This document shows, one piece after another, positions 26,305-35,996 of a stretch of DNA of 39,651 nt. Made by a program: the position numbers and the translations under genes. Numbering within the stretch: position 1 is the stretch's first letter; the number at the start of each line of letters is the position of its first letter. Source of the stretch: Armatimonadota bacterium (GTDB lineage Bacteria; Armatimonadota; Zipacnadia; Zipacnadales; FEN-943); contig JANZZA010000549.1 of the NCBI GenBank assembly GCA_026419655.1, positions 1 to 39,651 of the forward strand, in the 5' to 3' direction. Under the pieces are notes generated by a model. That model did not search any database and was not told where the DNA came from. It saw only the letters and a program-made list of their open reading frames with translations.

Positions 26305-28734
26305 GTGAAGCACTACCCGAACAGGTACAATTCAGCGAAATCGGATGCTCGGTGGGTGCTGTGGCTCCGCCGAGGTATTTGGGGGGCCAATGCGTTCCTG
26401 GCGGTGTGTGCGGCAACCGTGGGAGGATTTGTCGCGGGCACCCTGTCGGAGCTTCGTTCTTCGCTTCCCAGTGTGGAGAAACTCAGCACCTACCAGCCGC
26501 GGCTTGTCACCGAGATTTATTCGACGGAAATCCAGAAGGACGGCAGCGAGCAGCATACCCTCCTGGCCAAGCTCTACCGCGAGAATCGGGAGTGGTGTCC
26601 TTTCGACCAAATGCCTGTCAACCTGATCCACGCCACCATTGCCATAGAAGACCGCCCCTTTTTCAAGCACCGCGGTGTGGACCCAAAGGGGATACTTCGC
26701 GCCGCTGTGGCTAACCTACGGGCTGGGCGTGTGCGTCAGGGCGGCAGCACGATCACTCAGCAGCTCGTCCGGGCCATATGGTTGTCGCGAGAACGGACTC
26801 TTGCGCGCAAGGTCAAAGAGCTGGCGCTGGCTGTCCAGGTGGAGCGTTGCTTTACGAAGGATGAAATCCTCGAACTGTACCTAAATGAGGTCTGCTACGG
26901 CCACGGGGCCTATGGGGTCAAGGCTGCGGCCAAGCTGTATTTTGGCAAAGAGCCCAAAGACCTGAGCCTGGCTGAGTGCGCGCTGCTTGCTGGCCTCCCC
27001 CGCTGGCCGGCTGGATACTCGCCCTTCAACTACCCGGAACGAGCACTGGCGCGGCGCAACATGGTGCTCGACGCCATGGCGGAAGTCGGCTATATCTCCC
27101 GCAAACAAGCTGATGAGGCCGCTAAGCAGCCGCTGGGCGTGATTGGTCAGCCGCGCGAGCAAGGTTACGCCAGCTTCCGCGCTCCGCACTTCACCCACAT
27201 GGTCGTCCGCATGCTTTGCGAAACGTATGGTGTCGAGACGATCTACGGGGGTGGGCTGCGCATCTACACGACGCTTGACATGCGGTTGCAACGAGCCGCC
27301 GAAGAGGTGATGACCGAAGGGGTTGAGCGGCTGCGTGCACGAGGCGTGCTGAAAAGGGACCTGCGAGGCCAGGGAGCTCTCGTGTGTTTGTCTACCCAGT
27401 CCGGTGACGTCGTGGCCATGGTAGGAGGCGTGGGGCCTTACGAGAAGGTCCAGTTTAACAGGGCACATCCGGGACCGCCCTTCTATGGCCGCCAGCCAGG
27501 TTCGGCTATCAAGCCTTATGTATGGGCGGCTGCCCTCGAGTCTGGCTATGGTCCCTACAGTGTGGTCAGTGCGGCCCCCATCACTATTCGGGTTGGCCCG
27601 GGCAAGTACTGGTCGCCAAAGGGCGGACACGGTTCCTACACCTTGGCTTCAGCCCTGGCTCACTCAATCAACCGCGTCTCGGTGCGGCTGTTGTTGGACA
27701 TAGGCGCCGAGAAGGTAGCCCGCTATGCTGCAGCAATGATGGGCATTCCGGTGACGCGTCTGCGGGCCGTGCCCTCCCTGGCTCTTGGGACCTCAGAAGT
27801 CTCCCCGCTGGAGATGGCCACCGGCTTTGCTTGTTTCCCCACGGGCGGGCTGCGTCCGACCCCACGCTTCATCCGCCGTATCACTGACGCGGAGGGAAAT
27901 GTCCTCGTCGAGGAACAGTCGCATTTCGAGCGGGTCATCGCCGAGCCTACAGCCAACACCATGGTGCGCCTGATGCAAGGCGTCATAACCAACGGTACTG
28001 GCCGCCAAGCTCGTATCTCTTGGCCCTGCGCCGGCAAGACCGGCACGGCGCAAGACGGCCGCGACATCTGGTTTGTCGGCTTCACTCCCGACTTGGTGGC
28101 TAGCGTCTGGGTCGGAAATGACGACCACTCGCCTCTGGGCGGGAATGCTTACGGCGGTACTTACTGCGCACCTATCTGGGGCGCCTTCATGCGGCGGGCC
28201 ATGGCAGTCTGGCCAGTCCACGGCAAGTTCAGTACGGGGCCAGGCGTGCAAGGCAAAGTAGCCCGCCTCGGGCCCGACAACAAGGGAAAAACCGTCACGC
28301 TCTGCTCCGACACGGGCGGGTTAGCCGGTCCGTATTGCCCTTCGACGTACGAGAAAGTGCTCGGCGAGAACGACGAACTGCCCGCGCGGTGTACAGTGCA
28401 CCGTAGAGCGACGGGTGGTGTTATAGAAGAGGGATCCGAGGAGATAGACTTACACGCAGGTGGCCGTACTCTCACCATCTGTACTGACAGTGGACAACTG
28501 GCTACCTCTAATTGCCCGCGGACGATAGAAGCGCAGTTCCCGCCGGGCGAGGGACCTAAGGGCACGTGTTCTCTGCACAGGAGAGCTTCTTCGGCGAGGA
28601 AACCGTCGATAATTCCGGATGAGGAGCAGATAGAGGGCGCCCCTGAACAGCCATCAGAGGTAAGTCAAGCTGACGAGCCGGCAACGGGCAGTTCTGCAAC
28701 GACCTCGGACGTCCCTGTGCAGCCAGATGAGTAA
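26305..28734 (+). CDS. Class A penicillin-binding protein (bifunctional GT51 transglycosylase/transpeptidase, PBP1A-type) with a Cys/His-repeat C-terminal tail
   Basis: An N-terminal TM anchor is present. GT51 motifs are EDRPFFKHRGVD, GGSTITQQL and RKVKE. Transpeptidase motifs are SAIK (SxxK), SIN (SxN) and KTGT. The GTG start has GAGG upstream. Confidence 0.92.
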   Translation: MKHYPNRYNSAKSDARWVLWLRRGIWGANAFLAVCAATVGGFVAGTLSELRSSLPSVEKLSTYQPRLVTEIYSTEIQKDGSEQHTLLAKLYRENREWCPFDQMPVNLIHATIAIEDRPFFKHRGVDPKGILRAAVANLRAGRVRQGGSTITQQLVRAIWLSRERTLARKVKELALAVQVERCFTKDEILELYLNEVCYGHGAYGVKAAAKLYFGKEPKDLSLAECALLAGLPRWPAGYSPFNYPERALARRNMVLDAMAEVGYISRKQADEAAKQPLGVIGQPREQGYASFRAPHFTHMVVRMLCETYGVETIYGGGLRIYTTLDMRLQRAAEEVMTEGVERLRARGVLKRDLRGQGALVCLSTQSGDVVAMVGGVGPYEKVQFNRAHPGPPFYGRQPGSAIKPYVWAAALESGYGPYSVVSAAPITIRVGPGKYWSPKGGHGSYTLASALAHSINRVSVRLLLDIGAEKVARYAAAMMGIPVTRLRAVPSLALGTSEVSPLEMATGFACFPTGGLRPTPRFIRRITDAEGNVLVEEQSHFERVIAEPTANTMVRLMQGVITNGTGRQARISWPCAGKTGTAQDGRDIWFVGFTPDLVASVWVGNDDHSPLGGNAYGGTYCAPIWGAFMRRAMAVWPVHGKFSTGPGVQGKVARLGPDNKGKTVTLCSDTGGLAGPYCPSTYEKVLGENDELPARCTVHRRATGGVIEEGSEEIDLHAGGRTLTICTDSGQLATSNCPRTIEAQFPPGEGPKGTCSLHRRASSARKPSIIPDEEQIEGAPEQPSEVSQADEPATGSSATTSDVPVQPDE

Positions 28735-30655
28735 TTTTCGCCGACGTGTGACTGTCCTCAAAGTTTTCTGCGGATGTCTGTTGCTCGTTTTCGTCATTCG
28801 CCTGGGGCAGCTGCAGATCGCTAAGGCCGACCAGTTCATGCGCCAGGCAGCAGCAAACCGCACCCAGACGATCCGAGTGGAGCCTCCGAGAGGGTGTATC
28901 TTTGACCGCCAGGGCCGCGTCCTGGCGGAGAATCGCCGCACCTGGCGACTGGGCATTGACCCGGCCACCTTCCCAAAAGATGAAAAGACTGCCGACCAAT
29001 GCATTGTCCGTCTTGCGGGCTTGCTTGGTGGAGACGCATCGGCCTTGCGGCGGGCGATTCGAGTGGCATTGGTGTCGTCGGTCGCACAGCCCATCCCCAT
29101 TCCTGGCGTACCTAGCACTCTCGAGTTCCCCACGGTGGCGAGGATTGAGGAGAATCGCCTGGAACTTCCGGGGATTGTTGTGCTTGAAGAGTCCAAGCGC
29201 TACTATCCGCAAGGGCGATTAGCCGCCCACGTTCTGGGTTATGCTCGTGTCATAAGCGAAGAACAGTACAGGCTCTACCGCGACATACTGGTACCGCAGG
29301 TTTCACAGCCTCAGGACGAAATCGCAGCCCTCGTGGCCGACCGTTTGTATGGTCCGCGCAGTATTACTGGGCATGCCGGCATCGAACGAACCTGCGAGCT
29401 TGATACCTCCTGGCCTCAGCCTATGCCGTTGCTCATGGGGCTCCCTGGCCGCACTGTACTAGACGTGAACGTAAGGGGCGAACCAGTGAGGGTGATAGCC
29501 AGCCGGGAACCGGCACCGGGTGCGTCCTTATACTTGACCATAGACGCAGTGGCCCAAAGAGTGGCAGAGGAGGCGATGGAGGAAGCTCTCAAGCGTGGGC
29601 CGGGTCGCGGGGGCGCTGTGGTTGCAGTGGACGTGGGTACCGGAGAAGTACTGGTGCTCTGCAGCAAGCCCAGCTTTGATCCCAACGCGTGGGTGACAGG
29701 CCTTGGAGCGGGAGAATGGGAGCGGGTGGCCAATGACCCACGGACGCCCTTGCTCAACCGCGCCATAGGAGGTGCTTACCCACCCGGCTCCACCTTCAAA
29801 ATGATTTCTTCAGTGGCTGCCTTTGAGACCCTGCGGCTCGCTCCCAGCACCAGTTTTCGATGTGCTGGACGCATCACCGTTGGGTGGCGCCATGCTGTCT
29901 ATGGCTGCTGGCGCAGCGGTGGCCACGGGACCGTGGACTTCTGGCGCGGCATGGCAGAGTCTTGTGACGTTTACTTTTATGAGTTGGTACGCCAGCTAGG
30001 CCTCACGGCTGACAGTCTGGCTTTCTGGGCGCGGCAATTTGGCTTCGGTCAACCCGCGGGCGTGGCTTTGCCCGGGGAAGCTGAAGGACTCGTCCCTGAC
30101 CCTGCTTGGCGGCGCCTGGTCATGCACGAAAGCTGGCGCTTAGGCGACACGCTGAACATGGTCATAGGACAGGGGTATCTTGCAGTCACGCCCCTTCAGA
30201 TGGCGATGGCTACCGCGACCATTGCCAACGGCGGCAAGCTTTACCAACCCCTTATCGTGCGGAAGGTCCTGTGGCCTTCGTGGACCGGCTTGCCACCAAG
30301 AGTTGCTAGGCCCATACTCGTGCGGACAATACCAGTGTCACCCGCCACGCTGGAAAAGGTTCGCCGGTCCATGCGAGAAGCTGTCACCTCGCAGCGCGGG
30401 ACTTCGCGCGTCATGCAAGGGCTGGGGGTATCTGTCGCCGGAAAGACCGGGTCAGCGGAGCATCGGCCGGGCTGTCCCACCCATGCGTGGTATGCATGCT
30501 TTGCGCCTTACGAGAAGCCACGCTATGCGGTGGTGGTCCTCGTCGAAAGTGGTGGGCACGGGGGAGCAGTAGCAGCTCCTATTGCGCGGCGCGTAGTGGC
30601 TGCCCTTTTTCGTTTAAACGCTGGCGTGGGGGGGCCTTCTGGACCGTCTGATTAA
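28727..30655 (+). CDS. mrdA: Class B penicillin-binding protein (PBP2/MrdA-like transpeptidase)
   Basis: An N-terminal TM segment is present. Motifs are PRGCIFDRQGRVLAEN, STFK (SxxK), SCD (SxD/N) and KTGS (KTG). The ATG overlaps the PBP1A stop by 8 nt (ATGAGTAA). Confidence 0.85.
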   Translation: MSNFRRRVTVLKVFCGCLLLVFVIRLGQLQIAKADQFMRQAAANRTQTIRVEPPRGCIFDRQGRVLAENRRTWRLGIDPATFPKDEKTADQCIVRLAGLLGGDASALRRAIRVALVSSVAQPIPIPGVPSTLEFPTVARIEENRLELPGIVVLEESKRYYPQGRLAAHVLGYARVISEEQYRLYRDILVPQVSQPQDEIAALVADRLYGPRSITGHAGIERTCELDTSWPQPMPLLMGLPGRTVLDVNVRGEPVRVIASREPAPGASLYLTIDAVAQRVAEEAMEEALKRGPGRGGAVVAVDVGTGEVLVLCSKPSFDPNAWVTGLGAGEWERVANDPRTPLLNRAIGGAYPPGSTFKMISSVAAFETLRLAPSTSFRCAGRITVGWRHAVYGCWRSGGHGTVDFWRGMAESCDVYFYELVRQLGLTADSLAFWARQFGFGQPAGVALPGEAEGLVPDPAWRRLVMHESWRLGDTLNMVIGQGYLAVTPLQMAMATATIANGGKLYQPLIVRKVLWPSWTGLPPRVARPILVRTIPVSPATLEKVRRSMREAVTSQRGTSRVMQGLGVSVAGKTGSAEHRPGCPTHAWYACFAPYEKPRYAVVVLVESGGHGGAVAAPIARRVVAALFRLNAGVGGPSGPSD

Positions 30656-30718
30656 GGCTGGCAGGTGTGGGGCAGGGCGGGCGGAATAGGCTCTCTTTGC
30701 ACACGGGTGGCCTGCCAT

Positions 30719-32128
30719 ATGCGGGAATTACTCGAGGAGTTGGTACAAAGAGGTATGCGCGCCGGTGCCCAGTTCGCGGAGGTGCGCGCTGGGACATGGC
30801 GAGGGGCTTCGGTCACTGCTGAGGACGGTCGGATCCACCGATGTTCTACCTACTCCAGCCGCGGTGCAGGTCTGCGTGTGCTTGTTCGAGGCGCCTGGGG
30901 CTTCGCGTCAACAGACAACCTTGACCCGACAAGTCTTCGCACTGCCCTCGACGAAGCGATAGCTATGGCAAGTGCAGCGAGCCCTCGTGTTGCCCAAGCT
31001 GCGCGCGTGGCCGAAGCGCCGTCAGTTGAGGCTCTTAGCCGCGCTCCAGTGCGCATGCCGCCGGATTCGGTGTCGTTGAGCGAACGGGTGGGCGCCGTTG
31101 CAGCCTTTGAGGAGCGCCTGCGCAAGCACCACACGGCCATCGTCAACACTATTGTCAACTATACCGACGGCGGTGGTGTCACCGAGCTGGTGAACTCGTT
31201 CGGCAGCTACGTCCGTTGGGAAGGTTCCACGTGCTCTCTCTACCTTACCGCCGTAGCCGCCAATGAAACCACGCGCCAGTCGGCTTTTTCGGGCTATGCT
31301 TCGCCTCGTGGTTTCGAGGTGGTGGCCGACCTGGACCCGGACGAAGTGTCGGACAGAACTGCACAGCGGGCCGTGGATCTTTTGTCTGCAGCAGAACCTC
31401 CCGCCGGTTCGATGCCGGTAATTGTAGACCCGGAGATCACTGGCCTGATTGTTCACGAGGCCTTTGGCCACAACTGCGAGGCTGACCTCGTTTGGGCCGG
31501 TGAGTCCATCGTGGCCGGCAAGGAAGGTCAGCAGGTGGCCGCCGAATGTGTCACTATCGTGGACGACCCCACTTGGGACTGGCACAACGGTTCTTTCGAG
31601 TACGACGATGAAGGAGTGCCCGCGCGCCGCCATGTACTGGTGCAGAGCGGGGTGCTCACCGAGTACCTGTACGACCTGGAGATGGCGGCCCACTTCGGTG
31701 TGGCGCCAAACGGAGCTGCCAGGGCCGGCAGCTATCACGACCGCCCCTTGCCCAGGATGTCAAACACCTTCATGGAGCCGGGAGATGCCGAGCTAGAAGA
31801 CCTCATTGCGTCAGTTGACCGTGGAGTCTTGATTTGCGGAGACCGGGGCGGCTACGTGGACACTACTCGCGGCCATTTTACCTTCTTTGCCGAGACGGGT
31901 TTCGAGATTCTCGACGGCCGGCTTGGCCGCCAGATCCGTAACTGTACGCTGAGCGGGTACACCCTAGAGACACTAAGAGGTGTGCTTGGACTTTCACGGG
32001 ATTTTGGGGTTGCCGACCGGGGCACCTGTGGCAAGCACGGCCAGGGAGTGCGGGTGAGCTTGGGCGGGCCTCACATGCTGGTGCGCGAAATAACCGTCGG
32101 TGGCTCCCGGATAGGGGAGGACACCTGA
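30719..32128 (+). CDS. tldD: TldD-family metalloprotease
   Basis: HEAFGH (HExxxH) is present in LIVHEAFGHNCEAD, and GGPHMLVREITVGG lies near the C-terminus. The family-typical N-terminus MRELLEELVQRGMRAGAQFAEVR begins at ATG 30719; the track GTG is at 30665. Confidence 0.87.
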   Translation: MRELLEELVQRGMRAGAQFAEVRAGTWRGASVTAEDGRIHRCSTYSSRGAGLRVLVRGAWGFASTDNLDPTSLRTALDEAIAMASAASPRVAQAARVAEAPSVEALSRAPVRMPPDSVSLSERVGAVAAFEERLRKHHTAIVNTIVNYTDGGGVTELVNSFGSYVRWEGSTCSLYLTAVAANETTRQSAFSGYASPRGFEVVADLDPDEVSDRTAQRAVDLLSAAEPPAGSMPVIVDPEITGLIVHEAFGHNCEADLVWAGESIVAGKEGQQVAAECVTIVDDPTWDWHNGSFEYDDEGVPARRHVLVQSGVLTEYLYDLEMAAHFGVAPNGAARAGSYHDRPLPRMSNTFMEPGDAELEDLIASVDRGVLICGDRGGYVDTTRGHFTFFAETGFEILDGRLGRQIRNCTLSGYTLETLRGVLGLSRDFGVADRGTCGKHGQGVRVSLGGPHMLVREITVGGSRIGEDT

Positions 32129-32130
32129 CA

Positions 32131-33471
32131 ATGGTCAGCGAGGAGAGAGCGCTTGATCTTGCTCTCGCCGCGGTTCATGCTGCCGTGGCGGCCGGGGCTG
32201 AATGGGCCGACGCAGGCGTTTTCTGTTCTCAGGGTCAGTCGGTCGAATTTGAGCGCAACACCGTCCGCGAGTGTTCCAGCGGGCGACACGAAGGATTAGG
32301 TGTGCGAGCTTTTGTGGCTGGAGGGATGGGCACAGCTTCAGCTTCGGGCTTGGACCTGCATACCGCTCGCCGTGTTGGTAGTGAAGCCGCGGAAATGGCG
32401 AGAACCGCTAGCCCCGACCCCGACTTCCACCGTCTACCGGACCCGCGGCCCCTCGAGCCGCCCCCGGTGTCTTGGGACGATGCCGTCGCGGGCCTGCCCA
32501 GTCAAACTCTTGTGGAATGGTGTCTGGAAGACATTGAACGCGGGCGTTCGGTAACCGACGACGTATTCATGTCCGGCGCAGCAGGCATTAGCGCTGGAGT
32601 TGCCGCGATCGCCAGCTCTACCGGCGTGGCTGTAGCGAGGCGCGGCACGCACGTGTCCTGGTATGTCGGGGCGTCGGTTTGGCGTGACGACCGCGCGGCG
32701 TCCTTTTTCGACGGTCGCAGTGCGGTACGCCTGAGCGATGTTCAGCGCGGCGAGGGCATCGTAGAAAAGACGGTGCAGACGGCCCTGGCGCTTCTTGATG
32801 AGGCGACCGTCCCGACCGGACGGCGAGACGTGGTTTTGGACTACGATGTCGCAGGCGAGTGGCTATACGGCGTTTTAGCGGCTGCCGAAGCGGAAGGGGT
32901 CCAACGCGGTCGCTCCTTCATGGTGGGCAAGGAAGGCGACCAGATCGCCAGCGATGTCATCACGGTCATTGAGGACCCATTTGCGCCTGCGGCTCCAGCA
33001 TCGAGCTCCTGGGACGGCGAGGGCATGCCGAAATCCCGCAGCGCTTTGCTGGACCGTGGTGTGCTTACTACTTACTTGCATAACTCTTACACCGCCTTCA
33101 AGGCCGGGGTGGAGATAACAGGTCATGCCTCCCGTAGCGGTGGTTACGTGGGGATAGGATTGAGCAACCTGCAGGTTCAGCCCGGCTCCGTGACCAAGGC
33201 CGAGCTCATCGCCGGGATTGATAGCGGCTTGCTTATAATACTCGGGGCGCCTGATCCCAACCGCGTCACAGGACAAGTTTCCAGCACCGTAGACGGAGGG
33301 TTCCTCATCGAAAAGGGCGAGGTGCGCGGCGCGGTGAAGGGAGCCATGATTGCCGGGCACATCTTCGACTTGCTCCGCAGCGTGGATGCCGTCTCCAGCG
33401 ACTACCGAGCCTACCCCGGGCGTATTTACCCGGCTCTTCGGATCAGGGACGTGCTTGTCAGCTCGCGGTAG
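32131..33471 (+). CDS. pmbA: PmbA/TldE-family protein, the non-catalytic partner of TldD
   Basis: A 446-aa paralogue of the preceding gene that lacks HExxxH. It starts 2 nt after the tldD stop. The C-terminus GRIYPALRIRDVLVS is family-like. Confidence 0.82.
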   Translation: MVSEERALDLALAAVHAAVAAGAEWADAGVFCSQGQSVEFERNTVRECSSGRHEGLGVRAFVAGGMGTASASGLDLHTARRVGSEAAEMARTASPDPDFHRLPDPRPLEPPPVSWDDAVAGLPSQTLVEWCLEDIERGRSVTDDVFMSGAAGISAGVAAIASSTGVAVARRGTHVSWYVGASVWRDDRAASFFDGRSAVRLSDVQRGEGIVEKTVQTALALLDEATVPTGRRDVVLDYDVAGEWLYGVLAAAEAEGVQRGRSFMVGKEGDQIASDVITVIEDPFAPAAPASSSWDGEGMPKSRSALLDRGVLTTYLHNSYTAFKAGVEITGHASRSGGYVGIGLSNLQVQPGSVTKAELIAGIDSGLLIILGAPDPNRVTGQVSSTVDGGFLIEKGEVRGAVKGAMIAGHIFDLLRSVDAVSSDYRAYPGRIYPALRIRDVLVSSR

Positions 33472-33513
33472 CACACCCGTCGAGACATAAGGCTGCAGGG
33501 CCGCGGTGAGCGC

Positions 33514-34821
33514 CTACGTTGCCTTGGCCTTAGGCACGGCGTGCTGCCGAACCTCTCCTACGCCGGGAAGCTCCTGGAAGACCGCAGCATGTACTGTGGT
33601 GCAAAGCAGCCCCACAAGGACGGGCACCAGGAACACTGCGCCCCACTCCGTCACATACTGGGGCCGTCCCGCGGCATCCAACAGTACTCGCCCGAGTGCG
33701 TCGAGCTTGGGATGGCTGAAAAGGTCTTGTACGATTCCTGCCAAATGGGTGCCAAGGTAATACCCAATGCCCATCGTTGCGAAGGTAAGCAGGGCCTGGG
33801 CTGAGTGGCGCACGCCCGGGGGAGCCACCTGGTCTACATAAACCTGTCCGGCCACAAACCAGAAAACCGTACAGAACCCATGTAGTGCTAGGGATGCTAC
33901 GGCTACCCACGCCGGCCAAGCCATCCACGCGACGGTTGCCCAAACCAAGTAACGCAGTGCCCAAGCCATCAAGCCGAGCAACAGCGTCCACCTAAATCCT
34001 ATCCTTGATAAAGCGATGCGCAGCCCCAGGGCCATTACGAGGATCTCCGCCGTCTGGGCAATAGCCATCGTGCCAGGCAAATGGATGGTTGATACCCCGA
34101 GGTCTCGCAGAAACGGTCCGCCGAGCACGTAATAGAAATGGAGCTGTGTCGAGATTATGAAAGCTATGTATAGAAATGAGAGAAATCGTTTATCTTGTGC
34201 TATGGCCCAAACACGAAGAAAGGCCCACGGGCTTTCGCCACTGCAAGCGGGCGGAGTGTGAGGGAGTAGAAAGCACCATGCTGCCAGGCCTGCTTCGGCA
34301 CAAGCTCCGAGCACCAGGGCATCAGACTGACTCGGCCACGGGCGGATTCCCAAATAGCCTTTTCGCCACGCACTGAGTAGCAGGCCGGCACAGATCCAGC
34401 CAATAGTTCCAAATACGCGAACCGAGCCAAACTGCCGCCGGGTGTCGGCGAGATGGCGGAAAGAAATCGAGTTACTGAGGGCGAGAGTGGGCGCGAAGGC
34501 GACGGCGAAAAGTAACATCCACAGCCAGAGATTGGCGAAGCTGGTTGCTTGAGAGGATTTCCAGAGGCATAAGGCTCCTGCGAAATGAAGCACTGCCAGG
34601 ACCCGCTCCGTGGACAGCCAGCGGTCAGCTAATTGGCCGCCTAAGAGGGGTGACAGGATGCAGCCCAGCCATAAAAGACTATAGATTGACCCGGTTTTGG
34701 CGCCGGAGAACCCCAATTGCTCCTGCAAATAAACCGCCAGCACTGGGCTCCACGCGCCCAGTGTGGCATATTGCAGAAACATCATGACCGACAGCCGCCA
34801 GTAGACCGAGGGGGAGGTCAT
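33514..34821 (-). CDS. MFS transporter of the NupG/XapB/YegT nucleoside:H+ symporter family
   Basis: About 12 TM segments. RLSVMMFLQYATLGAWSPVLAVYL, LGGQLADRW and RVFGTIGW parallel the E. coli NupG strings LSFLQFCLWGSW, LLGIVADKW and RIWGTIGF. Confidence 0.75.
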   Translation of the reverse strand: MTSPSVYWRLSVMMFLQYATLGAWSPVLAVYLQEQLGFSGAKTGSIYSLLWLGCILSPLLGGQLADRWLSTERVLAVLHFAGALCLWKSSQATSFANLWLWMLLFAVAFAPTLALSNSISFRHLADTRRQFGSVRVFGTIGWICAGLLLSAWRKGYLGIRPWPSQSDALVLGACAEAGLAAWCFLLPHTPPACSGESPWAFLRVWAIAQDKRFLSFLYIAFIISTQLHFYYVLGGPFLRDLGVSTIHLPGTMAIAQTAEILVMALGLRIALSRIGFRWTLLLGLMAWALRYLVWATVAWMAWPAWVAVASLALHGFCTVFWFVAGQVYVDQVAPPGVRHSAQALLTFATMGIGYYLGTHLAGIVQDLFSHPKLDALGRVLLDAAGRPQYVTEWGAVFLVPVLVGLLCTTVHAAVFQELPGVGEVRQHAVPKAKAT

Positions 34822-34865
34822 TGTCCTGTGCGCGTCAGAGGTTCAGCATCTGAACGATAACCAGC

Positions 34866-34898
34866 GGGCGCGGCGCCAACTAACTTCACGCCGCGCCC
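34866..34898 (-). terminator. GC-rich intergenic hairpin downstream of the Ig-like lipoprotein gene (possible terminator)
   Basis: A 10-bp stem pairs GGGCGCGGCG (34866-34875) with CGCCGCGCCC (34889-34898) around a 13-nt loop. There is no clear U-tract on either strand. Confidence 0.35.
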
Positions 34899-34939
34899 CT
34901 AATCTGCAGGTCGCGTTCGGTAGCAACTACTATTTTCTG

Positions 34940-35965
34940 TTACCCGCCCGGCGGTTGTGGTGGTGCTTCTGCGCCTCGCACGCGCACCTGGTAGAAGCCC
35001 GTTATGCTCGTATCCTTACCCGCCAGCCCGGACCTGTCCTTTACCACAAAACGCACGGTATAGACTTCGTCGGGTTGATTGCCCAGGCTGTCATACGGTG
35101 CGTCGTTGGCAGGGAAAGAGTGCGTTGCCGACCAGGTGCCGTCCTTCTCGGTGCCGGCTACCAGGGCGAGACTTACAATCTGGGGGTTTGTCTGTCCAGG
35201 CAAATAAACTTCAGCGCGTACCGATTCGACCTCATCTCCGTCGCTTGCGTGCAATGTGAAGCGCACGTTGCCGCCCGAGGAGGGCAACCGTTCGGGATCG
35301 ACGAAGACACTCCAGATGGTCGGTGCCTGTGGTCCAGTCACCTTTACCGTTGCTCGAGCGGTCTGCCCTCCGACCCACGCCACTACCGCCCCCTCCCCTT
35401 GGGTCGTTGCTGTAAATTGCCCTTCTGGCGTTATGGTGCCAACGGCGTTCTCGATGAGCCACGTGGGCACAACGTTCACTTTCGTCAGCCCCGCGTAAAT
35501 CTCAGCCGTGAACTGGCTGACTCCGCCCTGGTCTAGGGTGACTTGTGTAGGCGTTAGCGTAAGTCGCGTCGGCACCGAGACGGTCGTGGGTATCAAGCCA
35601 ACTACGGCACGGGTAGTTTTGCCGTTCTGGGCTGCGACGGTGAAATGAGCAGACCAAAAAGAACCCGACGGGCCAGGGGTTACTACGGCCGCGATCGTAC
35701 CCGCTGGCAGGCCGGTGACCCGGAAGTTTCCGCTGACGTCGGAAGTCACGCTGGTTCCTGGAGGGTCCAATCTCACCACGGCGTAGGGCACGCGATTGCT
35801 CGGTGCCGCCGCGTTAACGACGTAACCCTCGAGAATCGCGGTACCGTTCGGGGGAGGAGGAGGCTCAGGCTGCGTCGGCCCGCCGCCGCCCCCACAGCCT
35901 GACCCGGTTATGGCCAACGCCAGAAGTACTACCACGGCTGCTGTGATCTCCATGTTCCTATTCAT
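34940..35965 (-). CDS. Putative lipoprotein with carboxypeptidase-regulatory-like and bacterial Ig-like (Big_2-type) domains
   Basis: The signal peptide ends LALAITGSGC and is followed by a Gly/Pro-rich linker. GTAILEGYVVNA...SGNFRVTGLPAG is CarboxypepD_reg-like. LTLTPTQVTLDQGGVSQFTA...ARATVKV is Big_2-like. AGGAGG lies 10 nt upstream of the ATG. Confidence 0.75.
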   Translation of the reverse strand: MNRNMEITAAVVVLLALAITGSGCGGGGGPTQPEPPPPPNGTAILEGYVVNAAAPSNRVPYAVVRLDPPGTSVTSDVSGNFRVTGLPAGTIAAVVTPGPSGSFWSAHFTVAAQNGKTTRAVVGLIPTTVSVPTRLTLTPTQVTLDQGGVSQFTAEIYAGLTKVNVVPTWLIENAVGTITPEGQFTATTQGEGAVVAWVGGQTARATVKVTGPQAPTIWSVFVDPERLPSSGGNVRFTLHASDGDEVESVRAEVYLPGQTNPQIVSLALVAGTEKDGTWSATHSFPANDAPYDSLGNQPDEVYTVRFVVKDRSGLAGKDTSITGFYQVRVRGAEAPPQPPGG

Positions 35966-35996
35966 TGACTACCATCCTCCTGGCGTCCCTTGCCTG

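Noticed and set aside
30665-30718. N-terminal extensions implied by the ORF track, here and at 1919-1957, 2535-2555, 10549-10599, 11705-11740, 12670-12693, 15908-16009 and 19110-19187.
   Set aside because: In each case a downstream ATG or GTG has a proper GGAGG-type SD, or an ATGA or near-abutting junction with the upstream gene, and it coincides with the start of family-conserved sequence. Several of the track starts are TTG or GTG with no SD.
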